A DNA stretch of 64,000 nucleotides from Felis catus. Lineage: Eukaryota. Shown one piece after another: positions 26,330 through 39,402 of the stretch; position 1 is the stretch's first letter, and every line of letters begins with the position of its first letter. The stretch covers positions 103,294,001-103,358,000 of the forward strand of contig NC_058373.1 of the NCBI RefSeq assembly GCF_018350175.1, written 5' to 3'. A model generated the notes under the pieces. It did not search any database, was not told where the DNA came from, and worked only from the letters and a program-made list of their open reading frames with translations. Made by a program: the position numbers and the translations under genes.

Positions 26330-27520
26330 AGCATATATCTTGTGCTTATCAATAAATATAAATGTTCTAAACCTACATATTAAAAGAATAGGATCACATA
26401 GAGAAAAATACAATTACAGGCTGTGTATAAGGTATCTGAAAGTGGCTTAGATTCAGGGTAAAATTATGGAGAACATACAGTGAAATGCAAACAAAGCAGA
26501 GGTTACAGTCTATAAATGAATTCAGGGTAAAAAAAAAGTGTTAAAGAAGTGTTCTATATAATGAAAAGGAGTACAATCCAATGACAGTCTGTTAAGATTA
26601 TTATATATCAAATAACATCATTTCCTTAAAACATTGGGCAGTGCATTGAAAAGAAACAGATTTTGTGTGATATGTGTTTAATATGACCTTTATATAATGA
26701 AAACAGAAACTGTCTTCTCTACTGGCACTCCTGACTATTAAGACAAGTTACTCAAGTAATATTTTTAAACCTAAACAGCAAAATCATAAATGTGCTGAAG
26801 AAAAATGGAAAATTCTTTGCTTTATCTCAGAGTGAGAAAGCCTTGCTAATTATGAGGTAAAATCTGGAAACCATAAAAACAAACAACAAAAGTTTCATTG
26901 TATGAACTTGTAAAAAATCTACATGGCAAAAAAGCCACCTTAAGTAAAATCAAGTCACGTGAATAGGGAAATTTGGAACTCATATTGCCAACAGTGAGGG
27001 GTCATCTCTTTGATATATGAAGAGTGCCTACAAATCATTAAGAAAAAGACTATTCCAAGAGTAATAAGCAAAGGATGTAAACAGTTCGTAGTAAAGGAAG
27101 AGATGGCCTTTAAGCATGTTAAAACATGTTTACCTTCATTTATTATAGTAGAAATGTTCAGTGAAAGCACAGTGACCTAATTTTCCACATATCATACAGT
27201 AGAGACCATAACAGTAACTTAACTCCCTATGTTGGTGAGTTAGGAAAAATACACTCTCCTATACATCTGGTAAGAATTTAAATTGATTTAACATCTATGA
27301 AAAGTAGTTTGACAATAACTTTGAATATTTATATATCATTTAATCCAGTAATTTTATTTCTAGAATTTATCCTATAGATCTATCCCCCTATATGCACAAT
27401 GAATACATGAATATTTATTATAGCATCGCCTATTTTATAGAATTTTATAGAATTGAAAGAAGCAGACTATTTATTGGTAACATTTAGTACTTTGTGAACA
27501 TATTACCTAATTAAAAATAT
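26330..27520 (+). mobile_element. Very old L1 (L1ME-like) fragments
   Basis: A-rich, with degenerate L1 ORF2 3' motifs (agagtgcctacaaatcattaagaaaaagac, tttctagaatttatcctataga). Confidence 0.55.
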
Positions 27521-28530
27521 TCTTTACCTTACAAATCAATTAAGAGCCTGAGGGACCCTATGTGATTAAATTATCCAGTAGAAATTGTGAATGTTTTAGT
27601 AATAAAAATAGCTTAATATAATTATTGCATGTTGGACACTGTACTCTGGGTCCTTTACACACATTATCTTAGTTTTCCCAACAACCCTTCAAGGTAGTTG
27701 TATTTTACAGGGAAAGAAATAGATTCAGAATATGGACCAAGGGCACACAAATAATAAGGACCCTTGTAAGACGTTCAGTTGAATTAGGGTTGAGGAGTAA
27801 CATCCAAGAATATATCCAGGCATCTCCCAAAAGCATTTATGGATGGCTTGTGTGGTGGTAGGTACATGTATGTTTTCTTATACTTCCCAGGAAAGGCAGC
27901 CATAATTTTGCTCAAAATTTTGTGTATTAGGACTGGAACTTGTATGATTCCAGCAAGCTCCACATCTTGAAAATACCAACTGCCAAGATAAATGTCATCT
28001 TTGGGGAGGAAATATTTTCATATTTCTGTATAACTGTGATGTGGTCTTTTAAAGAAAATGAGGTTCTTCAGCAGATGGACAAATTTTAAATCTAGGCCAA
28101 GCCTTAAAAATAAAAATCAAAGTAAATTGAGGGGGAAATTTAAAACCTTACCCCCTCCCCTTTTTTTAACCTAACGCCTTTTAAATGAGGACTTTAGCTT
28201 CTGTCACTATAAATAATCAATAAGGTCTTGTATTTTATTTTGACCAGGGGTAAATTTTAGCCCTTTTATTCTTCATTACTCACGGCATCTTTCTGACAGT
28301 GGATCAACTGGCCTACATATATATTAAAACAATCATATGACACATCTTTGGGTATCTTAGTATGAAGTCGCTTCATATCCGATTCAGTTTATACCATCTG
28401 GAAGTTTGCCTGCTCATGGCAATAAATTAGGGCTTGCATTTACTACTGACTCACTGTAATGCATAGTTTGTGGTGGATACTTACATATTTTTTCTCCAGT
28501 GCTTTTTAGAAAGAAGATATCCCTTGGAGT

Positions 28531-28616
28531 TTTTTCCAGTTTTTATTGAGATATAATCGACATACAGCATTGTATAAATTTAAGAGGTGCAGCACAATGA
28601 TTTGACTTACGTATGT
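28531..28616 (-). mobile_element. Very short L1 3'-terminal insertion
   Basis: tttttattgagatataatcgacatacagcattgtataaatttaag, flanked by the direct repeat cttggagt. Confidence 0.7.
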
Positions 28617-29382
28617 CTTGGAGTGATAAATGCATTTTACCCAGTGTACGCATTATTTAAAAAGAAGTATGTAAATGGAATTCTGAACAATGAATCATTC
28701 CAACTTAGTCATTTGCAAGATGCTTTCTTCTTCCTTATAATTCATATTTATTTGGGTCCGTTCTTTCAATTAGCTTTGTTTCCTGTGGCAAGGAGCTCAT
28801 ATGTCTGCAAATATGTACTTGATTCAGATAAGTAAACATGTGTTGCCGCAGACAGATTCACATGCATCCTTGAGAATGTTGTCCATTGACTAATTAAATA
28901 TCTGTCCAGAAAGTTTACCAACCCCTGTTCTTATGGGACACTGCAGTTAGGCATCTCTGTCTGAAGGTGTATGGCAGTAAGAAATCCCATCTTTGTTTTA
29001 ATTTTCATGGAAATACTTGGCATTTGCAAGAATATCGCATCTTCATTTCTTACCTTGCTCCTCCTTGTTCATATCTAGAACCATAACCGGTCCGAAAGCA
29101 AAAGCACTGCTTTTTTGAAGAATGACGCACTCTCCTCCAGGTTACCGTGGATGTAGGGGGTGGTCCTTGCTGTGGGGTTGACCCTGGGTCCCCATGAGTT
29201 CTCACATCTGCTGTGTGCATAGAGATCGGTGGAGCTCCAGAGCATTGCCCTGCACTTGCGGGACTGCGTCCCTCCTGCACCCCCTCCTCCTTTGTGGGAG
29301 CTGTCTCTCCATCAGTGTGGAAAGATGTCTACAGGACCTGCAGTAAAGTGTGTACTTGAAAAGTCACCATCACAAATAGACT

Positions 29383-29506
29383 GGGGCGCCTGGGTGGCTC
29401 ATTCGGTTCAGCGGCCGATTCTTGATTTCAGCCCAAGTCATGATCTCACAGTTCATGAGTTTGAGCCCTGCATTGAACTGATTTTTAATAAAGAAATTTT
29501 AAAAAG
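29383..29506 (+). mobile_element. Short CanSINE lacking the (CT)n body
   Basis: The tRNA-derived head runs directly into an A-rich tail; TSD aaatag(a/g)ctg. Confidence 0.85.
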
Positions 29507-31017
29507 AAATAGGCTGTCACTTATGGTGACTAGTGCCCAGCATATGATTGGTAACATGAGCATGTTATGTGTGCCAACGTGTGACCTTGCCACAACTTCC
29601 CTGTGTGGGAAAACTGCCCTTCAGTCCTGTTTTCCAAAAGAGAGGAGACAAGGCAACTAATAAGGAGGAGATTGCACATTAGGTTAGCTTAGTAGGTTCT
29701 AAAGATGCCTGTTATGTGAAATAATCGTACAGACTAGAATCTGACATTTTACTTGTTCAGTACTTTATGATAAGATATAACTGAAGCATCTCTGACTTTA
29801 GACAGCAGTGACCTTCCCGGACACAGGACCAACACTTATAAGATGACAAAACTGAAGCACGGAGACCTTAAATATCTTGTCCAGATGGGGGGGGGGGGGT
29901 GGGAATTCACCCTGAGCTTTGCTGTTAACGCAATATACCACCTGAATTGAAGGCTGATTTGAAAAGACAGGAGTTCTTGCCCACAAGGAGCTTTTCATCC
30001 AGCGTGAGTGATAGAGTTCCTTCGGGACAGTTCTCCACAGGCATAAGAATGTGTTCTCGCCCACCTCTCCAACTACAGCCGTGGATGTTTCGTGTTTTCT
30101 GAACTATATCTGAGGTTGTCTCTTGTGACTGGTACCACTCATCAAATCCAGCTTCCGTATAGTTAGGAGTGACTCCAAATTAGAAACAGGTTCTCCTCAA
30201 ATCTTCTTATCTTCTCTCTGGCATCTGCGTGTGCTGGATGGATTGACCATGTCCTCCCCAGCCTGTGCATGCAGTAAGTTCTCTGCCAGGGTTTATGAGA
30301 TGGCTCAGTGAGCCGATCCTAGACGGGTGTGGGAGCAGTCCAATGCCAAGTTCAAACCATTGCCTCTAACATATAGGCTTATCTTACTTATTTATTGAGT
30401 GAAATGCTTCCTGACTTCCGAATCATACCTGTGGCTCAGGCACTTGTTTGAAATATGGCTGTTTGAAAAGATAGTATATTTTAAAGAGTATGTTCGTGCA
30501 AATAAATTATGAATTCCTTTAGCCACCTCTTCTCTTTAGAAATAGCACTCATACATATTTTATACATAAATTGACAAGGATGGCAGAGACCTCATCTTTC
30601 CTGCAGCAGTTTGAGCCAGACTGATTGAGGATTTATTGCCTAATTATACTTGTCAGCCTGACATAAAAGTCATTAGTTCTGGAAAAACATGTTTGTCATA
30701 CCGAGATTATCTCTAATTCAGTCAATATCCAACATATATTTAAAGCCAAACAGAATCGTAATTCCCAAAGCATATGTTATGGACTACGATGAACTGATGG
30801 TAAACCTCTTTGGGTCACGAAGCGGTGATCTAAGAACAAGTTTGTATTTGAGGAGAGAAAATGCCATGTTCTATACCTCATTCCCTCTGCTTTGAATCCA
30901 GTGAAATCAGTGCTGCTGACGTTAATTCCCTCTGTTGAATTATAAAGATAGAAAAAGAATCAAAGAGGTCCTGTAGTCTGGCTGTAGTTGTGAGTGTGTT
31001 AGGATTCAAATCTGGGG

Positions 31018-31018
<1 letters not shown>

Positions 31019-31050
<32 letters not shown>
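31019..31050. repeat. (TG)n microsatellite
   Basis: About 15 TG units. Confidence 0.95.
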
Positions 31051-31052
<2 letters not shown>

Positions 31053-31707
31053 CCTCAACATCAGAGTCCACTGACCAAGTTGATCTCTGCAGTGTCCACA
31101 CGTGGTCTTATTCCCCTTTCCTATCATGCACGTGAACTTGGAGCTCAGCAGGATAAACCAGGAAGTCCAGTGAGGCAACCGTCTAGCACGAATGGCTGCT
31201 TCTGCCCAACGTCCAGGCATGTGCTGGGTTATGGATGGCTATTACAGCGAGGTTATGCGGCCCTGATGAGCTCCCAGGGCAGCGGTCATGTGCCCATATA
31301 TGCCGATACCCTCTGGCCCCCTGCTGCACTGCCCCAGCATCGTTATGGACACCCTGCCCTGGATGCTGAAATCCTTCAGCAGTTATTTATTTCCAAGCTG
31401 CTGTGCAGTCCTCAGCAGACTCATCCATTTGCTCATAAATGTGCCATAAACATAAATGTCAGAAGTTGGTTTTGGACAAAAAAGGTTCAGTTCGTTGGCC
31501 TTATTCAGTCCTACCCCCAAATAGTTCCCATTATGTTTTTTCATACCAATTAAAATGTTGTTTCTATGACAATTCACCCTGTCGTAGGAATGGCTGTGAA
31601 AGGTCAACGTAGTTATTTATCCATTTTATCAGGTCCTTTCTGCAACCAAAATACTAACTTACAAATTAGAACTAACAGTTAAAGCGACTGTAAATAAACT
31701 TGCCTTA

Positions 31708-31922
31708 GGGGTGCCTGGGTGGTTGAGCGTCCCACTTCGGCTCAGGTCGTGATCTCACTGTTCGTGTGTTTGAGCCCCATGGCGGGCTCTGTGCTGATAG
31801 CTCAGAGCTTTGGATTCTGTCTCCCTCTCTCTCTCTGCCCCTCCACCACTCGTGCGTGCGTGCGTGCGTTCTCTCTCTCTCTCAAAAGTAAATAAACATT
31901 AAAAAAATTAAAAATTAAAAAA
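31708..31922 (+). mobile_element. CanSINE with small internal deletions
   Basis: ggggtgcctgggtggttgagcgtccc...; TSD about tgcctta. Confidence 0.9.
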
Positions 31923-33169
31923 TATGCCTTAAACATGCGGAATAATTGGCCAGGGAGACTATACTTACTCTACGATGCCTTATTAAAGAGTGCTGAGTTG
32001 TGGACATCATTTAGAAGGCTGCTGGGAACACAAGCTCATAGTTTTCTTCTTGGTGGAACCCAGAAGACAAAGGTGTTTCTGGCTTCCTGAGTAGAGTGTA
32101 CCAGACATTTCCTAGGAACGTTCCCATTGGGAACAGATCTAACAGATGCTGTGAGAGCATCTCTGACTTCTTCCTGAGATGTTTTGTTGGAAACCGAAGG
32201 AGGGGGCTCAGTGAACAGCATCACAGAATACCCCCATCTTCGGACATGTGATGCCAAAACTCTTCAGAGCAGCTCTGTGAGACTGAGATTTATTTGGAAA
32301 AGGTTCCTTCAGTGTATAAGCCACAGCAGGTGTCTCTTTGGAGAGGCGAACACAGCACTAATTATATCTACTCATGGAGAAAACCGTGCAGGGCGCTGCT
32401 GTTTGCAAACACTGTGTGGCCCAGAGCATTAACTGCGGTCCTGTGATCGTTAGCATCCAAGATGTCTAGACAAGGGAGATTATTAAGCCCTGGAGTCATT
32501 TGGTTCTAAGAAAGACACATTAATAGAAAAATTAGATATGGATTCGAAGAAAAAGAATTTCGTTCCTTTTCATTTGAAACTCAGATTCACACACATACAC
32601 AGATACGGTATTCCCTTAAATGAGATCTACTCTAGTAAGGCATGCTCCGTTGGTATACACAGTACTTGTGGTTTGCCAGAGTTTGGCTTCAGTGTCTAAT
32701 GTCAGTGGCTATTTTTTTGTTCCTGCCTTTCTAAGTATCCCTTCTATTCCTGATCCAAATGTGTAAGGAATGAATATTGTCCATGTGACATGTCTGGCTG
32801 GCTTTGCCTCCCCTGAGAATGCCTTACAGATTTCTTTGATGTGTTAGTCTATAAATATTAATCTTAAATACTAATATAAAACTTGGTTACATCTCATTCA
32901 ACAACTGAAGATTATCACAGTGAAACTATTTATGCACACCACAGACAGCCGCCTCTTAGCTTACGTTCAGGAGCACATGAAACTGCCCTTAAAAACCTAA
33001 CCCCTGCTCTGTGTGAGGCACTATGCTACCTGCTGTGGTCCCTATACCCAGTCCCGTAGCCTCGGACAGAGGTAAGGGGAGTGCACGCAGCCCCATGGTG
33101 TCGTAAGTGAGAAGTCACTTAAGACAGAAGAAAGGCTCTACCACCGATGGGTCTTGAAAACTGATTGGT

Positions 33170-33620
33170 CCAGTTGTCTTTTCTGTGCAACAAACTTAGC
33201 AAAAACCGCTTGATCTGGTTCATAATTCTGTGAATCAGGAGTTTGGGAAGGGCCCACATGGGCAGTGTCTCTCTGACCCACATGGTGAATTTGGGGGCAG
33301 TTGGAACTGGAGGATCCACTCCCAAGGTGGCTTCTTCATCCCTGTGTCTGGGTCTTGCTGCTCCGTGGCCTCTGTCTCCCCACATGGCATTGCCATCTGC
33401 ATGGCCTCCCCTTGTAGTATGGTGGCCTCTGGATGGCTACGCTTCTCATGTGGGGGCTCGGGACTCCAAGAGTGAGGGTTCCAGGGTGCTGTGCCGGGTA
33501 GAAGCTACACGTCCTATATGTCCCAGCCTCGGAAGCCCTATATGTCACTTTTCGTGCATTCTGTTGTGGTCAAGCAAGTTCCCAAGAGCAGCCCAGATTT
33601 AGGAAAGATGAATTAGGTGA
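33170..33620. mobile_element. MLT1-like MaLR LTR remnant
   Basis: cataattctgtgaatcaggagtttgggaagggc, ggaactggaggatccactcccaaggtggcttc, cccagcctcggaag...tgtcactt. Confidence 0.6.
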
Positions 33621-33929
33621 TGCCTAGTAATCTCCAGAGCAGAAAGCTGTAGCCTGTAAAAGAGCTGGTTGCAAAACTCCTTTGGGGAATAAATCAGTTT
33701 TGCCCAACAACTACTTCATATTTGAAGAGAAAGCATGAAATGTTACATATCGTTCCATTTGTATTTGATTTTTGCCTTGATGCAGTAAAATCAGTGCTCC
33801 TGGCTTTAATTACGCTAATGCTGATTGTCTGTGGACAACAGTGGCAAGAGAGGGCTGTTTTAAGTGTGAGTGATCGGGAATATGGTTGTGCCATTGACTG
33901 AAATAGGAAACCCAGGAGGAGAAAGTTAG

Positions 33930-34360
33930 GGCCAAACAATATAGGGATGGGTATTTTGTTACGTGCAGTCCACACCAACTAAAAACAAACTTAAAACCCT
34001 CATTTTTCTCTCAGAAGAAGTCTGGGGCAGGTAGTTCCAGGTGTGGCTCAGCTCCAAGATGTCAGGGCTTTGTCCACCTTCCTGAGAGTCTTCTAACCTC
34101 CTTTCCATGTTGCTGGATGGCCACCTCCACTCCACATGTCACAGTGACATTTTAATAACAGAGAAAGGAAGAAGTCTCCTGATGGCTCCCATCCCCAGGA
34201 GGTCCACACCAGATTTCTCCTAAGTCCCGCTGGTTAGGGTTGGGTCAGGTTTCCCTGTGCAAGTTTCAGGGCCTAGGAGATTGGCGTTTTCAGGCTTTTT
34301 CATGGAAAACCAACTCAGCAGGGAGAAAGGCACTAAGTAGGTAACAGCAATGTCTGTCAC
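33930..34360. mobile_element. MLT1-like MaLR LTR remnant
   Basis: agaagtctggggcaggtagttccagg...cagcaatgtctgtcaca. Confidence 0.5.
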
Positions 34361-34971
34361 AGTGATGAGTTCCATTTTCTCTCCCTACACTGTGGATAAA
34401 GGCTCACTTAGCAGCCTTATAGAGCTTGAATTAGATAGGCTACATCATAACTGTAATAAATAGTATCTTCTAGAAACCAGTTAGTTTTGCAGTGGGCCTT
34501 TCCCTTCTACTCTGTGGTTGAGAGCTGATCCCACTGTTTCATAACAAACACAATATCTGATCATTTCCCTCTTAGAATTTGTGTGAGAACTCTCTGGCTC
34601 CATGAAAACCTGTGTCCGTCCCGTTTTGCATCGTACAGGGTTGCCCTTCTGGCATCGTTACACTTTCTGTATCTCCATATGTGCTTTTATGTACGTATCT
34701 TCTGTTTTATGTGAGCAAGAAAATTCTGTAGACATTATGAGCCATGTTTGTTTTAGAGTCTGGAAGCTCAGAAAACTCCCTGACGTTTAGTCTGAGTTGA
34801 ACCAGGACAACCAGTTGTAGCTCTCCTGAGTGGCAGAGGCTGACTGAGCTGAACCGAGTCTGAGACACGAGTAAAGCTAAGAAAATGTAGATCCTTGGCT
34901 GGGAAGAAACTGTCTTGGCTCTGAAGGGTCCTAGTGTGGGCACCTGGGATCGCAGGTTAGTGCTCCTACAC

Positions 34972-35204
34972 TATATATATACACACACGTATACACACAT
35001 ATACGTATACATATGTATACATATGTATACATACATATGTATATACATACATATGTATATACATATGTATACGTATATGTGTGTATATACATATGTATAT
35101 GTGTGTATATATGTGTGTATACACACATATACATATACACATGTATATGTATATGTGTGTATATACATATGTATATGTGTGTATATATATGTGTATATAT
35201 ATGT
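34972..35204. repeat. Long alternating purine-pyrimidine (TA/CA/TG) microsatellite
   Basis: About 230 nt of tatacatatgtatac... Confidence 0.95.
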
Positions 35205-35899
35205 AATATCCAAAGGACCTGCCGTGATTGACTGTCAGAAGCTGGATAAAGTTGGAATCCTTTATTCTGTGGCTCTGTAGTTGTAATTGTCTAATCTGTA
35301 ATTGTCCAACTGTGGTATTTTTAACCCAGTAAAAGTCACCTGCAGTAAATTTAAGCCGAGGTGTCACTGTGGGTACCTTTGCAGATGAAAAGGAGGGCAG
35401 GGGAGGGGAGGGGAGACCTGAGGAAGGAGGAAGGAAGCTTTAAATCTCACCTTGTATCTGTAGCAGCTCATTCAGTTGTCTGACATTCGTTGAATGCCTG
35501 CCGGGCCCTCAGTGCTGGGGACGGAAGGATAGATAAAGGCACTCACAGGGCAGTGAGAGAGAGTCATCGTCTCTGCCCCCTCCTCACAGCAGTAAAGCGG
35601 ATACTGGAAATCAGCACTGGCCACCAGGGAAGTTGGGCTGGTTTTCCTTACAATTTTAAAGCACCTAGTTTCCAAGTTTGAGTTAGTGTAATAAAAATTA
35701 CATTATGTCACAGTAATTGTGTTTGAACTACATTCTAGTGAGTGCCAGGAGAAGGCCTCACTACTCACCTGTATATTTCAGAAGTAGATTTCAAAGCAAC
35801 TCGTTACTTTGGGGAAATTTTTATTTCCGAGATACCTGCAATGATGGACTCGAGTCCGTGAATCTGTAATTGACTAGAAGCTGAATTTCTGAAAGTTGT

Positions 35900-36096
35900 A
35901 TTTTAAATGTTTATTTTTGACACAGAGACAGAGCATGAGCGGGGGAGGGGCAGAGAGAGAGGGAGACACAGAATGGGAAGCAGGCTCCAGGCTCCGAGCT
36001 GTCAGCACAGAGCCCAACGCAGGGCTGGAAGTCACCGCAAGATCATGACCTGGGCCGAAGTCAGGACACTCAACCGACTGAGCCACTCAGGCGCCC
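35900..36096 (-). mobile_element. CanSINE with essentially no poly(A) tail
   Basis: Flanked by the 23-nt repeat ctgaaagt(t/c)gtattttaaatgtt. Confidence 0.92.
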
Positions 36097-38711
36097 CTGA
36101 AAGTCGTATTTTAAATGTTAAAAGTCTTGTTGAAAAATGGGTGCTTCTAACAAGAAAAGAGCGTAATGCCTTAGGTACTTGCCAGTAAGAAAACAAAACC
36201 AGATTTCAAGCTTACACGGTCTTCTAATTTTCTCCCCAGCTAACCAAATCTGGCCCCACTCTTGGCTTTAATATGCAGACAGGATCACGTGAGCCCAGTG
36301 TGTGTCATCCAGGGAAGTCTGCATCTCTCCATTTGTTTCTGAGGTTGCCATCAATGGCCTCAGGTGGCCTGGTTTTGACTGCCACCTTTTACTCCAGATC
36401 TCAGTCCTGGCTCAACTCCCAGCGTTCTAAGGGCCAGCTCATCACCACGCTTCTCCCTGCGGGTGAAACGTGTCACAACACCAGCCCTGAGAACTCAGGA
36501 CAGGCAGTGAGCTCCTGGCTTGGCACTCACAGAGGGAAGTCACGGTGAGAACTGGAAGCCGCGCGAAGGTGGAGGTCACTCCCATTCTGAGGTTCCTTGG
36601 CCATCCCTGCCACAGGGAGTACATTACCTGCCAGCTCAGAGCCATTCACCACCTTCTCGTTTCTCCCTGCAGAACCTCTTTTCCCACTTCTCCATCTTCC
36701 CTACATCAGAGGCATCTGGAATATAGCCCGCTGCTGGTACTTTCTTCATCAGAAAGTCTCAGGAAAAGCATTTCCCTAACCCAAAAGCATTCACCTTTCC
36801 TAACTCCCCAGTTGTTCACGTTCAGCCACATAAAGAGTGGGCAAAAGCTTGAAACTGTAAATTTTCTTTATGTGGGCTCAACACGCAAGGTGCCCTGGAT
36901 CAGGCATTCAAGGGTTCAGAGTCTCTGTGCTTGCTTCCACGTTTGAGGGGGAGCAGCCGGGGGTCAGCCTAGGTTGTGTGCTTCCCTGTACTGGGAGCAG
37001 TTCCTGGGTATGGCTTCTCTATCAGTAGCCTTTTTCATAACTTGGGTCACAAGAACAGTTTGAGTAAACAAGTTAGAACAATGGGGCCCACTAACAACTT
37101 GGGGCCTATAAAATGGCTATTTGCAGGTATTCCCAGAGTGGCCTAGAAGTGTCTGTGGGGTCCCGTGCCCAGGGCTATGCCAGGTTATGGGGTGAGCCCA
37201 GCAAGTCTTCCCAGGGCATTAGTTTCCCAGCAAATTTGGAAATGTTTAACTGTTAAAACTAGCCAGTATATTATGAAGGAGAATACAAAATTTATAATAA
37301 GCTTAAGGTAAAATGTTTTAATATGAGAAACTTCACTGCAGGGTACTTTCTCAGATGTCTCCAAGGTTCAGGTGACTCTCTTCCAGTTCAGGCAGCTTTG
37401 ATGGAAGTTTGAGAAACACTGTACTTAAGAAGGTACAATCATACAAAAAGGTGTAACTTTTTAAAGGGAGTTCTTTTATGGCACTTGTTAGCTTCTCAGT
37501 GTGCAGATAATTGACAAAGTACAGACATTTCTTCTTCATGTAATGTATGCGTCATAAAAGTTGTGTTTTGGGCTGAGATATTTGTAAATTGAATACTTCT
37601 AAATGCAATAGACACTTTTTCAGGAAACCTAAAATTAGTTTATAAATAATCACCCCCCGATTGCTAGTTTTAACAAGTTTGAGTTGAATAAAATTATTTT
37701 TCTTAAAGTGGGTGTTTTCATATAGCTATAAACATCCGTTGTCTATTTATCTTGAAAATAGCTCTTTATTAGCTTGGCTTTCAAAAAAATGTCACTTTTA
37801 TCAAAACCATTGAATTTACCGGACTCAGACCAATGAAAATTTAAGGCTGTTTTTATTAGTGGACTTGAGTAGTCTAAGGAGTCTGTTTTAGATTCCTGGC
37901 CATATTAAATATTTAAATTATTTCTAATACTTATATTGTCTTAATGAAGCACGTAGAACAAAACAGTTCAGTCACGAAGTTCCTCAGGGCAGATGATTAA
38001 ATAACCATGAGATTAACCAGGCTAACTTCAAAGTTGATTTGGAATTTTGTACTATTTTTGGCACTAAGCAATTATATTAGTCAAATATAAATGTTCAGAG
38101 GACATTTTCATTAACATGCTTTCTATGTCCAGCTACTTCCAAATGCTTTCTTGGTCTTCATAGTGTCATTATTCAATAAATGTTTAATAGAAAGGCTCAT
38201 TAAAATTTTATTTATTATACTTAATGTAAAAGAGTAGAAATGAAGATAAATGAGGTTGAAGTGGAATGGATAAAATGTAATTGAAATAATTTGGAGTACA
38301 ATTTAAATAAACTTCTTTGTTAATGTGGAAGTGTTAAAAGTGTGTGCCCACAACTTAAGATGTGTTCAAATATATCATTGTGGAGACAATAAGAATATTG
38401 TATTACTGGCCTCTAGATTCTTTGAAGAAGACTGTTAGCTTTAGTCTAAAAACAGAAAAGATGAAATTGACTTAGTTTCCTTATTTATTAACTTAGTAAA
38501 TATCTGGGTTAAACAACTACTTATACTCTGTTCAATGCCATAATGAATCTTGTATGATTATCATTGGCCAGATGGATATAGAGAAATCCTTAAAGAACAT
38601 TTACATTTTGCAGTGATATTTTTTTTACTATGATTATCATCTCTATTGCATGGGGAAGGTGTAACAAAATGCCATTGACTTACTGCTGTAGTGTTAAATT
38701 ATTGTTCTTAT

Positions 38712-38894
38712 CTTTTTATTTGAGAGTGCATGCATGCATGAGCAGGGGAAGGGCAGAGGGAGGATAGAGAATCTTAAGCAGGATCCACGTTCATCGTGGA
38801 GCCCGGTGCAGAGCTTGATCTCACAACTGTGAGATCATGACCTGAGCCAAAACCAGGAGTTGGGTGCTTAACTGACTGAGCCATCCAGGCACCC
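38712..38894 (-). mobile_element. CanSINE, ~365 nt upstream of exon 3
   Basis: tttttatttgagag...gagccatccaggcacccc. Confidence 0.9.
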
Positions 38895-39259
38895 CAAAAT
38901 AAATTTTTGAATAAACCCTATTAATCTAAAATTTCTATCATTTAGTTATAGTAATATGGAGAAAATATATGTTTTTCCTGAGACATGATTAAATCAAGTC
39001 TTGCAAACTGGTAAATTTGATTTGACTTAAATATTGTTCATATGAAGATACGGTATTGGGTAAAACCGGAGTCATGGCTGTTAGTTTGTCTAATTCAGGG
39101 CACAGCACAGGAACAGGTTCTGATTAAAAACAAACAAAAAACACGTTGGCTTGGCTTGTATTGATTTGGCTGGCAGAGTGATGTTTGTTAACTACAAACA
39201 GAATTGCAGTTGTTGAAACGAGATTTTGTTGAATGTCTATGTTTTTATTTCATTATTAG

Positions 39260-39361
39260 GCTATCAGCTGCAAAGGTCAACACAGTATATCGTATACTCT
39301 GTCAAGGAATCAGACTGTGGTGGTGGAATACACACATGATAAAGACACGGATATGTTTCAG
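39260..39361 (+). CDS. PELI2: Pellino-2 internal coding exon (exon 3 by human numbering), 102 nt, phase 0-0
   Basis: Acceptor tttcattattag|GCT and donor CAG|gtaacg. Translates AISCKGQHSISYTLSRNQTVVVEYTHDKDTDMFQ, which I recognise as Pellino-2 (about aa 70-103). Too short for the ORF track. Confidence 0.97.
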
Positions 39362-39402
39362 GTAACGTCTTTGTTTCTCTTGTTTAATGTGGTGTCCTTA
39401 CT

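Noticed and set aside
30990..31553. 187-aa ORF on the + strand
   Set aside because: Starts at a non-ATG codon, runs through a (TG)n tract, has no recognisable domain and no convincing splice signals; most likely a chance ORF.
34915..35367. Several overlapping Y/I/H/T/V/C-rich ORFs
   Set aside because: Translations of the TA/CA/TG microsatellite.
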